Below, one piece after another: positions 1 to 10,478 of a stretch of DNA of 64,000 bases. The translations under genes were made by a program, and so were the position numbers. The notes under the pieces are model-generated. The model was not told the DNA's origin and ran no database searches. It worked only from the letters and a program-made list of their open reading frames with translations. How positions within the stretch are numbered: position 1 is the first letter of the stretch; every line of letters begins with the position of its first letter. The stretch is taken from contig MU056000.1 of assembly GCA_013239625.1 (NCBI GenBank), positions 7,975,214-8,039,213 on the forward strand, written 5' to 3'. The stretch comes from Lama guanicoe (lineage: Eukaryota).

Positions 1-751
1 GGAAATTCTCATTTGTTTTTAGTTGACACGAAGCAGCACGGATGAGCTTCCTCCGTGTGTATATTCCACTAGAAAAATAAAGTTTTACTCTATCCTGATA
101 CACAGTTAAGTTTCCCTAAAATGATGTTCTGCTGTTTTGGGCATTGAGATTTTTACATTTAGCACTGGAAAAACACAGCTTGGATGAAGCCATAGATTTT
201 TCTAGGGAATATTTATGTTTTCTGCTTTTAATTTTTGCCATGTTTTTCCTCGACTGTTCCTGCTCCTCTCTCTCTCCTCTCCTAGCATGATAAGTACTTC
301 TCTTTAGAAGATGCTGAAAGGGAAACCTTAATGATCTCCACCAATATTCATCCTTTGTTCTCATCTTAACTAAGGGAAAAGCCAACCTTACTGGTGGAAT
401 CACTGATGGTTTTACTTACAGGCAATATTTTACAACTTTATGAGAATCTTACTTAATTTTCATATGACATATATTAATCAAAGCCTTGTTGTTAAGGCCT
501 TTGAGTTTATGTATGTGTGGTATTTGTATGACTGCTTTGGGTCTTTATTAAATTTTTGTTGGTTGTATGTCTGATTTAGCAATAAATAATGGCTTTTTAA
601 GTGAAGCTACCATCTTATCAATTTCCCATTTCATGTGAACGCCCAGTGAAGTTCATTGGTAAAAATGTTAGAGAAACCTACGTATGAAAAAAAATCTCCA
701 ATGTCAATTACAAACATCTTTTGCAGAGTAATTAGAAAACACACATGTGAA

Positions 752-1350
752 GGAACCCTACTTCAGGATGACACCTGCACCCCAATGTTCATAGCAGCAC
801 TATTTACAGTAGCCAAGACATGGAAACAGCCTAAATGTCCATCAATGGATGACTGGATAAAGAAGATGTGGTATATGTATACAATGGAATACTACTCAGC
901 CATAAAAACCGACAACATAATGCCATTTGCAGCAACATGGATGCTCCTGAAGAATGTCATTCTAAGTGAAGCAAGCCAGAAAGAGAAAGAAAAATACCAT
1001 ATGAGATTGCTCATATGAGGAATCTAAAAAAACCAAACAAACAAAGCATAAATACAAAACAGAAATAGATTCACAGACATAGAATACAAACTTGTGGTTG
1101 CCAAGGGGGTGTAGGGTGGGAAGGGACAGACTGGGATTTCAAAATGTAGAATAGATAAACAAGATTGTATTGTATAGCACTGGGAAATATACACAAGAAC
1201 TTATGGTAGCTCACAGAGAAAAAAATGTGACAATGAATATATATATATGTTCATGTATAAATGAAAAATTGTGCTGTACACTGGAATTTGACACAACATT
1301 GTAAAATGATTATAAATCAATAGAAAATGTTACACTGTTTAAAAAAAAAA
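752..1350 (+). mobile_element. Young 5'-truncated LINE-1 (ORF2 C-terminus, 3'UTR, poly-A) with 18-bp TSD
   Basis: Encodes DTCTPMFIAALFTVAKTWKQPKCPSMDDWIKKMWY (L1 ORF2 C-terminus). Poly-A at 1341-1350. AGAAAACACACATGTGAA is repeated at 734-751 and 1351-1368, with a TT|AGAAAA endonuclease-like site. Confidence 0.95.
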
Positions 1351-1836
1351 AGAAAACACACATGTGAAAACAACTAAAACAATTTCCACAAAAGCTAACT
1401 GATACAAAAAGATGTCCACAAAACATTAAAAATTTCCCTGGAACAAGATTTGTTCAAGGTTTAATTAACGTGGTCTTGCCACGTACATTACACTAAATAT
1501 GATCTATCTGGAAATGGATCATAAACTCAAATAATCAAGTGTAATACAATGATTTTTTTTTAAACCTCAGTCACACAAAATGTTATCTCCTGCCATTTTA
1601 AAATTGTTAAATTATTAATCTAGACACCTGTCAACTCAGACAGTGATCTGGCTGCAGCCTTAACCACACTCTGGTGCCCAGGTGAGCACACAAGTGATGC
1701 ACCAGGTGCCTGACAAGCACAGGGGCCCCCTGGTGCTCTGGATGTGAAATTGTCCCCTTGATTCCTCTAAAGAGGAGACTCTCTGCAGGCAGGGAAACTC
1801 AGTTTGTTAAACATAACTTCGCTTTTGTTTTAATAG

Positions 1837-1948
1837 CTATAAGCACAAAGGAAAATCGGGCTTTTCTTTCAATGAAATTGCTTTTCCACCTGATTCCCAC
1901 GATGTCAAAGAAGGAACACGGAGCGGCAGCCGGAGACATTCCACTTGA
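1837..1948 (+). CDS. Candidate terminal coding exon of an unidentified upstream gene (xYKHKGKSGFSFNEIAFPPDSHDVKEGTRSGSRRHST*)
   Basis: Branch-like CATAAC, pyrimidine tract and TAG acceptor ending at 1836. The phase-2 frame is open to TGA 1946-1948, the segment is locally CpG-rich, and AT-rich UTR-like sequence follows with AATAAA at 2652-2657. The phase-1 frame is also open (to 2093), so the frame is not certain. Protein not recognised. Confidence 0.4.
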
Positions 1949-2751
1949 TAAGCATCTCAGTGAAATGAGTACTTCCTGTCTTCCTCGCGACAGCAACTGC
2001 GCTCTGAATCACGGCCACTTACGGGCCGGGATAAATGGCGTTATTGAGCGATCTCATGTTTATTACATTCAGGAAATTCTCATTTGTTTTTAGTTGACAC
2101 GAAGCAGCACGGATGAGCTTCCTCCGTGTGTATATTCCACTAGAAAAATAAAGTTTTACTCTATCCTGATACACAGTTAAGTTTCCCTAAAATGATGTTC
2201 TGCTGTTTTGGGCATTGAGATTTTTACATTTAGCACTGGAAAAACACAGCTTGGATGAAGCCATAGATTTTTCTAGGGAATATTTATGTTTTCTGCTTTT
2301 AATTTTTGCCATGTTTTTCCTCGACTGTTCCTGCTCCTCTCTCTCTCCTCTCCTAGCATGATAAGTACTTCTCTTTAGAAGATGCTGAAAGGGAAACCTT
2401 AATGATCTCCACCAATATTCATCCTTTGTTCTCATCTTAACTAAGGGAAAAGCCAACCTTACTGGTGGAATCACTGATGGTTTTACTTACAGGCAATATT
2501 TTACAACTTTATGAGAATCTTACTTAATTTTCATATGACATATATTAATCAAAGCCTTGTTGTTAAGGCCTTTGAGTTTATGTATGTGTGGTATTTGTAT
2601 GACTGCTTTGGGTCTTTATTAAATTTTTGTTGGTTGTATGTCTGATTTAGCAATAAATAATGGCTTTTTAAGTGAAGCTACCATCTTATCAATTTCCCAT
2701 TTCATGTGAATGCCCAGTGAAGTTCATTGGTAAAAATGTTAGAGAAACCTA

Positions 2752-3283
2752 NNNNNNNNNNNNNNNNNNNNNNNNNNNNNNNNNNNNNNNNNNNNNNNNN
2801 NNNNNNNNNNNNNNNNNNNNNNNNNNNNNNNNNNNNNNNNNNNNNNNNNNNNNNNNNNNNNNNNNNNNNNNNNNNNNNNNNNNNNNNNNNNNNNNNNNNN
2901 NNNNNNNNNNNNNNNNNNNNNNNNNNNNNNNNNNNNNNNNNNNNNNNNNNNNNNNNNNNNNNNNNNNNNNNNNNNNNNNNNNNNNNNNNNNNNNNNNNNN
3001 NNNNNNNNNNNNNNNNNNNNNNNNNNNNNNNNNNNNNNNNNNNNNNNNNNNNNNNNNNNNNNNNNNNNNNNNNNNNNNNNNNNNNNNNNNNNNNNNNNNN
3101 NNNNNNNNNNNNNNNNNNNNNNNNNNNNNNNNNNNNNNNNNNNNNNNNNNNNNNNNNNNNNNNNNNNNNNNNNNNNNNNNNNNNNNNNNNNNNNNNNNNN
3201 NNNNNNNNNNNNNNNNNNNNNNNNNNNNNNNNNNNNNNNNNNNNNNNNNNNNNNNNNNNNNNNNNNNNNNNNNNNNNNNNNNN
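2752..3283. other. Assembly gap (532 N)
   Basis: Run of N. The corresponding interval in copy 1 (681-1219, 539 bp) is mostly the L1 insertion. Confidence 0.99.
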
Positions 3284-4391
3284 AAAAAATGTGGAATATA
3301 TATATATGTTCATGTATAAATGAAAAATTGTGCTGTACACTGGAATTTGACACAACATTGTAAAATGATTATAAATCAATAGAAAATGTTACATTGTTTA
3401 AAAAAAAAAGAAAACACACATGTGAAAACAACTAAAACAATTTCCACAAAAGCTAACTGATACAAAAAGATGTCCACAAAACATTAAAAATTTCCCTGGA
3501 ACAAGATTTGTTCAAGGTTTAATTAACGTGGTCTTGCCACGTACATTACACTAAATATGATCTATCTGGAAATGGATCATAAACTCAAATAATCAAGTGT
3601 AATACAATGATTTTTTTTTTCTCACTGCATAAAATGTTATAGTTCATTTTTGCTCTTAAGCCTCTAATGAAAATAATGGCATTTGTTCCAAGTAAAGGTT
3701 TTTTGTTGTTGAACAAAGAATTGTTTTTCAATGACAAAGAATTAGAAAGATTTAGAAGTATAGATGTCCGAGAAAGTTCTAAAAAAATACATTAAATATA
3801 TCTTTGTCAACAGCTGATGCACATTTCATTTCTTAATAATCAAGGTAAAAAACAACCAAAATGAAATTATTTACAATTTTTAACACAAGGATAAAAAAAT
3901 AAACTCTTATTTTAAATTCACGTATTCCTTTTCAAGTTAGGTCAAGGATCAACACTTAAATAAGCTAACTGAGCAGGTCCATTCTCATAATATCGGATTC
4001 TACAACAGTTCTTAAGTAGGCAAATAAACACAGTCTCTTAAAAATTACTTATGCTTTGGGTTCATCCTTGGAAATAAATGTCCTCCAACCACTAAGTTTG
4101 TCAGTTACAATCCTTGAAGATTAATACACACCTCATTGTTTTCTGAGAAGGTAATAAACTTGTAACCAAATAAAAAAATAATCTTTGTACTGGAACAACA
4201 AAACAACAACAAACAGTACATGTTGGACTCAACCGGCATTTGGTTCCCGTAGGGCGTTCCATAAATTTTAGCAACCTCATGGCGCAGGGCTGGGGAGACT
4301 GAAATGGCTGACTCTCACACTCTTTGCATGAACAAATGCAGCCTGGTATGAGGAGGGGGTGGGTAACTGTCCTCAACAGGGCTTCTAAGGG

Positions 4392-4600
4392 CCAGGCACT
4401 GTTGCAAGAGCTTTGTACATAAATCTGTCTGTTTAATCCTCACGTGATCCTCTGATGCTAATATCACCCCCACTTTACAGATGGGGAAACTGAGGCACAG
4501 AGGAAGTGATCCAAGGTCACACAGCTAGCAAGTGGCAGGGGCGGGATTCAAACCCTGGCTCTTCTTGACTTCACAGCCCCGCCTCTGGATCAGCACTCAG
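4392..4600 (-). mobile_element. MIR SINE
   Basis: Core TTTACAGATGGGGAAACTGAGGCACAG...AAGGTCACACAGCTAG is the reverse complement of the MIR core. Confidence 0.85.
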
Positions 4601-4689
4601 GTTCAACAGCTGGTTAGCGGCGAAGTCAGACCAGGAACCCAGCTTCCAATTTCTGCTCTGTCTTCCCACTGAAGCCCGTGAGATGAGCG

Positions 4690-4893
4690 CACTGAGACAG
4701 GGACGGGCCGAGGCACCGGGCTCGGATCCTGCCTCTGTGGCTTCCTAGCTGTGTGCTGGGCTGTTTCATGGACACATCCTTGTTCTAAGCCACTTTGACA
4801 ATGAGACAGTCCACCTCTCTGAGTTGCTCTGATGATGAATGAAAGCACCGTGGCGAGAGCACTTTTAATCAAGCAGATGCTCAACAAACATGC
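4690..4893 (+). mobile_element. Diverged MIR SINE
   Basis: GGATCCTGCCTCTG...CTAGCTGTGTG ... GATGCTCAACAAACATG resembles the MIR 5' region and 3' tail. Confidence 0.55.
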
Positions 4894-5341
4894 TCCCCTC
4901 CCTTTACGCCGCGCATCCTAGTCCCTTCTCTGTTTCTGGCTTATTATGTTCAAGGGAAATAATCCTGGGAAACAACTGGAATTGAAGTTTGACATGACTT
5001 CAAATTAATCAGGGTTCTGTTTTGTGCCAATCCATGGAAAATGCACCAAGCAAAATGCATTTCTTCCAAAGACATTTTACTAATTGTGTTTTCTGGTTGA
5101 TTTACTGTCAGCAAGAGAAACGTACAATTTGTAGATAGCTGAATATCTGATTTTAATTCCCAAGTCATCCATGACTTGCACATGATCGAGAAAATACAGT
5201 TAAACACTGGACTTTGTTGTTTCTTTGAAACTCAAAACAGTTTAATTTATTTATATAATTGTTTTAAGTGACACAACTTAACAGGACACAAAATAACAAT
5301 GAACACAAGAAATACACCACACCTCAAATTACAAAACTACA

Positions 5342-5742
5342 TGTCATGGGTTACAAAGTGGCTCCTAGAAAGATGTGTTCAAGTCCTAGCCTCCAGGACC
5401 TGAGGATGGGACTTTATTTGAAATAGGGTCATTGCAGATGTAATTAAGTTAAGGGTCTTGACCCCAAATCATCCTTGACTTAGTGTGGGTCCTCAATCCA
5501 ATGACTCGTGTCCTTACACGGGAAAGGAGAGAGAAATTTGAGACAAAGACACACAGGGGAGAAGGTGACATGAAGATGGTGGCAGAGATCGGAGGGACGC
5601 GGCCACAAGCCACAGAACACCTGGAGCCACTGGGAGCTGGGAGGGGGCGAGGAAGGGTCCTCCCCCAGAGCCTTCGGAGGGAGTCCGGCCTGGCTGGCAC
5701 CTTGGTTTCAGTTTAGGGGTTCCAGAATTGTGAGAGAATAAA
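5342..5742 (+). mobile_element. MaLR LTR (MLT1 family)
   Basis: TTATTTGAAATAGGGTCATTGCAGATGTAATTAAGTTAAG and CCAGAATTGTGAGAGAATAAA are MLT1 hallmarks. Confidence 0.85.
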
Positions 5743-6679
5743 GCCCTACAAAATGAATACACTATATTTTTGAACAGAAAAAGAAACACATGGAGTGAAA
5801 ATACTCTTTACTGTAGAGAACCACTTGAAAGTGTCCCCTGCCTTTCCACCTTCCTGATGCAGTGGGAGGAAGATTTACAGAATAATCCTAAGGACATAAG
5901 CTAAACATACAACTCAATACATATGTTGATTCTATAAAGTTACTTAAGAAAATGTATTTAAAACTATCATTTTTATTAAGAATAACAGACATTACTCTAC
6001 CCCCCCCCGATTTTCTAGTTTCCTTCTTTAGGGAAGAGTAAATAAGTGACTTAGAAAAGAAAACATTTTGAACTCATTTGTTAATGGAGGAAAAAAGACC
6101 CTGAGAAGAGCTTTAGTTCTAGAAATCACAAGGGCAGCTTCCAAGTGCTGCTTTGGATGCGGTGTGGCTGCTCTGGGCTTCGATGCTGCGGGACGTGGGA
6201 GATGACAGCCCCACAGTGCTCCCCCTCCCCGTGCTCCCCCCAGGCACCCAGCCTCCCCCACGCTCCTCTCCCTCTCTGCGAACTCCCACCTCTGCACCTG
6301 TGCTGCGAAGCCTCCCGTCCTCGCCTCCCCTTTCACCTCTTGTCTTACCAGCTTCGCCTCCATCTTCCGTTCTGCCCTGGCCTCTTTTTGAAAAGGCCCC
6401 ACGTCCGCCACCTGTCCCTGCAACCACGAGGTGCTCTTAACGCCTCACCAGCTCAGCTCTCTTGGCGCCACGCCGCCCCACGTCTCCATCAGTGGTCTGG
6501 AGGGACATGCAAACCCAGCGCTTCTCTCCACTCCTCATTCCCTGCAACCTCTTCCCAGCGCCCTTGAGCCTTCCTGCCGTCAGTGTCTGCCTTTGAACTA
6601 CCTTTGCCTCCCTCCCGCCTCTGACTGCTCACTGGGCCTCCTCCATGGGGTCTGTTTCTTTTTCTGTTGTTCATATATC

Positions 6680-7850
6680 CTGCACGTACTCACTCATAGG
6701 AGCACCTATTATGTGCTGGGCATGGAGACGAGGAAGAAAGAGTCCTTTCCCCATAGAGCTCACACGCTGTCGGGGAGGCAAGCCAGAGGGAAGACATCAA
6801 AGTACATCTGGCCGTCCCAAGTGCTAAAGAGAACAGGCAGAGACTTGATCCTGGGGAGCCTCTGACGAGGAGGTGACATCTGAGGAAGTGCTATCCTGGC
6901 TGCCGCCAGGAGAGGAGGCTGGGGCAGGGGCGGGGACGGAATGAGGGAGGCCAGTTAGGGTGCCCAGGGTGTCACGGGTGAGCCACTGCAACGCAGACGG
7001 TAATGAACGCCTTGAGCCTGGATGAGCTCACTGGGAAATGCATGAAGCTGGACAGAGAAGTGGTCCAAGGGCTGGGCCTGGGGCGCCCCTACACTCTCGG
7101 GGGTCATACTAACTTCTTGATACACTGTCTTCTGGGACTAGAGGTGGACTAAGGTGATGATATAATTTGTTGTCAAAACTGGGACACCTCTGAGACTGAT
7201 ATGGGGTGATGTAAACAATCGCACTGGGGAAAACAGGCATTGCGTTGTCCGGGGCATATGAGGAAGGATGATTGCTTGATTCCGTATACAATGGCCTCCT
7301 GACTTTGCACTGCCAATCCAGAACTCCCTGTCTTCCAGAATTGGCTACCTAGGCCTTGTTGATTCTCCCTTCAGACGTCTATGGGACATTTCACACTTAA
7401 TGACCAAACTGTGACTGCGAAATTGCCTCCAGAACCGTGCCCCTCACCATCTTCAGCATCTCGGTGTGACAGCTCCAATCTGACAGCAGCCTGGACCCAA
7501 AGCCTACGCTGAGATGCCAACAAAGGATGCCTTCAAAATACACCTGTATCCTGAACTCGCCCCACCGCCATCCCTGCACCACACTGGCCCACGCCACCAT
7601 CCTCTCTACCCCAGATTTCTGCACTGGCCTCCCTAACAGCGGGCCTCCCTGCTTTGAATCTTCCCTCTTGAGTCTACTTGCAAGAAGGCAGCCAGAGTGA
7701 GTTCCCCGGAGCTAAGTCAGTCCTGCCGCTCCGGCGCTCACTGTCTCCGGTGCCTCCTCACTTGAGGAAGAGCCCAACACATTCCATTCACTTTAAAGTC
7801 TGGTGCCTTCGATTACGCAGCCTGTTCCTGCTTTCTCCTCCCCCTCTTCC
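6680..7850. mobile_element. Old LINE-2 fragments in both orientations
   Basis: GAGCACCTATTATGTGCTGGGCA (L2 3' end, minus) near 6700; pyrimidine-rich L2-like 3' sequence at 7350-7850 (plus). Confidence 0.55.
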
Positions 7851-7984
7851 CTGTAAGCAGCCTTCACTGCAGATTGCAGACACTTACAATCCAGCATTGC
7901 CTTACTGCAGACGGAAAGGGACACAGGCCAGCAGTGTTCATATCAATCTACTAAAAGCTGACCCATATCGTGGGTGGGATAACA

Positions 7985-8365
7985 GACGTCTTAGCGCTCT
8001 CGGGCTGCCATCACAAAGGACCACAGACTCAGTGACATAGACAGTAGACATAATTTGTCACAGTTCTGCAGGCTGGGAAGTCTAAGATCAGGGTTCCAGT
8101 GTGACTGGGTTCTAGCAAGAGCTCTCTTCCTGGCTGGCAGACAGCCGCCTTCCTGCTCCCTGTATCCTCACAGAGTGAGGCAGAGAGAGAGAGAGAGAGA
8201 GAGCGCTCTGATGTCTCTTCCTCTTTTCCATCCCACCAGGGCCCCACCCTTATGACCTTATTTAACCAAATCACCTCTTCAAAAGCTCTATCTCCAGATG
8301 CAGTCACATGGGGGTCAGGGCTTCAACATCTGCTTTATGGGGAGACACAATCCATCCCCAGCAAC
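7985..8365 (-). mobile_element. MaLR LTR (MLT1 family)
   Basis: CACAGTTCTGCAGGCTGGGAAGTCTAAGATCAGGG...TATGACCTTATTTAACC...GGGGAGACACAATCC. Confidence 0.85.
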
Positions 8366-9360
8366 AAGGTGAGGTGTCCACTTGCACGGTTCTCTCCCGC
8401 ACGCCGCTATAATTATCAAGTGCTTTCAGCTGTGCCCCTGGGCCTCTTCCTTCCTCCAGTTTTCCTCTGAAGGTCTCATTCTGCCCCAGCCCTTGAAGAG
8501 TCCACTACCCCCCTTCTGGAGCCCCTCAGCCCCCTTCCCTGTGTGTCTTCACCTCCCAGGACACAACAGCGAGCAAGCAGGGAAGGGATGCGGACGTCAG
8601 TGGCTGGGGAAAGGCTCACTCCTGACCCAGGTGGGAGCAGCTGCAACAGCTCGGCACTGCCGAGGAGCGGTGGCAAAGAAGCAGCGAGAAAAAGACGGAC
8701 CCCCGCCGCCAAAATCAGGACTTCTCTCCAACAAAATAGTACATAACATGTTTACCACGTGTGAATTCCTCAAGATAAACGAGAATTAATAAACATGTAG
8801 CTAGTTGACTGCAAAAAACACTGTACTGAGCACTTCATCTTTTTAGCCTTTCAACAGCAGCTCTGTGCTCCTTGCAGCAAGCGTTTCCTTCACCTTTCAG
8901 AAACGGTAACACGAGGCCAGTGAATTCCCGAGCACCTAAGTTCGGTGAGTGAAAGGGAAGGTCATGTATGTTTACACTGCTGACTGAAAGACGTTCCGGT
9001 AAACCATGTTTTAGGAGACGTTCACAAAGTCCATCAGCTTTTGTAAAATGCTCCTTTGACTGACTGACATCGCCCTGTGAACAGTGTTAGTGCTACTGAA
9101 ATCAGACAGGCCTAGGAAATAGTATCCCATGAAGCAACAGGAAACTAACGGCCCAACAGCAAAACCTTGAAGGACTGTACGGAATAAAGTCAATGCTTGG
9201 AGACCGAATCTGGTCTCTTGTTGTGTGTATGAGTCTGCAAGGGCCGGCATAACAAAACAGCCCAGACTGGGCGGCTTAAACAAGACGCATCTGTCTTCTC
9301 ACAGCTCTGGGCGCTGGAAGTCCAGCCAACACCAAGTTGTCAGCAGATATGGTTTCTTCT

Positions 9361-9445
9361 TATTTCTTTGTCTAAAATTGAGGTAGCATTGGTTTGTTAC
9401 ATTATAATTTGACTTCTGAATACACTCCAGTGTGCTCATCACCAA
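9361..9445 (-). mobile_element. Short L1 3'-end fragment fused to the U6 3' end
   Basis: TTGAGGTAGCATTGG...ACATTATA...TTGACTTCTGAATACACTCCAGTGTGCTCATCACCAAAA resembles a reverse-complemented L1 3' terminus with a degenerate poly-A (T-rich 9361-9372). Confidence 0.7.
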
Positions 9446-9552
9446 AACAATAGGGGCCACTTCACGAATTTGCAGGTCATCTGTGCCCAGGAGCCAGGCT
9501 AACCGTCTCTGTATCCGTCCAATTTTAGCGCACGTGCTGCTGAAGCGAGCAC
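9446..9552 (-). pseudogene. RNU6: U6 snRNA retropseudogene (full length, diverged)
   Basis: Minus strand reads GTGCTCGCTTCAGCAGCACGTGCGCTAAAATTGGACGGATACAGAGACGGTTAGCCTGGCTCCTGGGCACAGATGACCTGCAAATTCGTGAAGTGGCCCCTATTGT, colinear with U6 (GTGCTCGCTTCGGCAGCAC...ACAGAGA...CAAATTCGTGAAG). Many substitutions, and it is embedded in an LTR rather than behind a U6 promoter. Confidence 0.93.
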
Positions 9553-10169
9553 AGGGCTGGTCTCTTCTGAGGCCTCTCTCCTTGGCTTGTAGATGGATGT
9601 CTCTTCTCCCTGCATCCTCACATGGTCTTTCTTCCTGGCATGAGTCTTGTGTTCAAATTTCCTCTTCTTGCAAGGACACCAGTCCTACTGGATTAGAGCC
9701 TGCCCTGAAGTCCCTATTCAGCCACTTCTCAATGACCCTATGTCTATATGTAGTCACACTCTGAAGTCCTGGGGGCTAAGGCTTCAAAACATGAATTCTG
9801 GGGGACACAATTCAGGCCATGACAAGCACCTAACTTACTACTCCAAAACTTATAGCTTAAGACACCAGTCCTTTATTTTGCTCAGTGACTTGGGCAGGGC
9901 TCAGCAGGGACAGTGCATCTCTGCTCCAGGCTGTTTCATGTGGGGAGCCTCAGCCCTCTCTCCAGACGGCCCATTCCCACGGCTGGCGAGCTGGTATGTG
10001 TGTGTGGGAATTAGGGACTAGAGATCTCAGGCCCATCGGCATCAGCAGTCAGCGTTCTTGGGGGTCAAGCCTCTTGCCTGGTGTTTCTAACCTTTCTGCC
10101 CCAGCACCCAGGAGGGTGATTGGCATGAAGCAGATGCTAAACAAATACTGATTCTTACATTTTTGCTTC

Positions 10170-10478
10170 TTAATAGGCTTTATTTTTTAGAGTAGTTTTA
10201 GGTTCACTAGCAGAACTGAGTGGAAGGCACAGAGATTTCCTCTAGGTCCCCTGCCCCTACACCTGCATGGCATCCTCTGTTATCAACATCCCCACCAGAG
10301 TGGTACATTTGATACAAATGATGGGCCTACGCTGACACACCATGATCACCCAATGTCCACAGTTTACATCAGGGTTCACTCTTGGTGATGTACAGTCTGT
10401 GGGTTTGGACAAACATACAGTGATGTGTACTCACCATCACAGTACCCTACTGTGTAGTTTCACTGCCCTAAAAATACT
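10170..10478 (-). mobile_element. Old L1 3' end (L1MC-like)
   Basis: TTTATTTTTTAGAGTAGTTTTAGGTTCAC...CCCACCAGAGTGGTACATTTG...AGGGTTCACTCTTGGTG...TAGTTTCACTGCCCTAAAAA. Confidence 0.8.

Larger units (their letters stand above)
1..3620. repeat. Near-identical tandem duplication, unit ~2.07 kb (copy 1 ends at ~1561 and is truncated by the window start; copy 2 spans ~1562-3620)
   Basis: 1-680 recurs at 2072-2751 (offset 2071) and ~1220-1561 recurs at 3284-3620 (offset ~2059-2064). Differences seen: C640/T2711, C1335/T3394, a 5-nt indel (ACAAT) and homopolymer lengths. Confidence 0.95.
9222..9825 (-). mobile_element. MaLR LTR (MLT1 family) interrupted by a U6/L1 chimera
   Basis: MLT1 sequence ...GTCAGCAG-TGGTTTCTTCT resumes as TGGTCTCTTCTGAGGCCTCTCTCCTTGGCTTG after a ~190-bp insertion. 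Confidence 0.85.

Noticed and set aside
656..1018. 120-aa ORF (also 24959-25390, 35073-35315, 61617-61835)
   Set aside because: C-terminal fragments of L1 ORF2p in truncated insertions, not host genes.
2672..3379. Four ~200-aa ORFs
   Set aside because: They are almost entirely X and arise from reading through the N gap.
6028..6865. Cluster of overlapping 95-144 aa ORFs on both strands (similar cluster at 38905-39717)
   Set aside because: C-rich, stop-poor composition explains them; the peptides are low-complexity.
9446..9552. Functional U6 gene
   Set aside because: Many substitutions, fusion to an L1 tail, and LTR sequence upstream instead of a U6 promoter.
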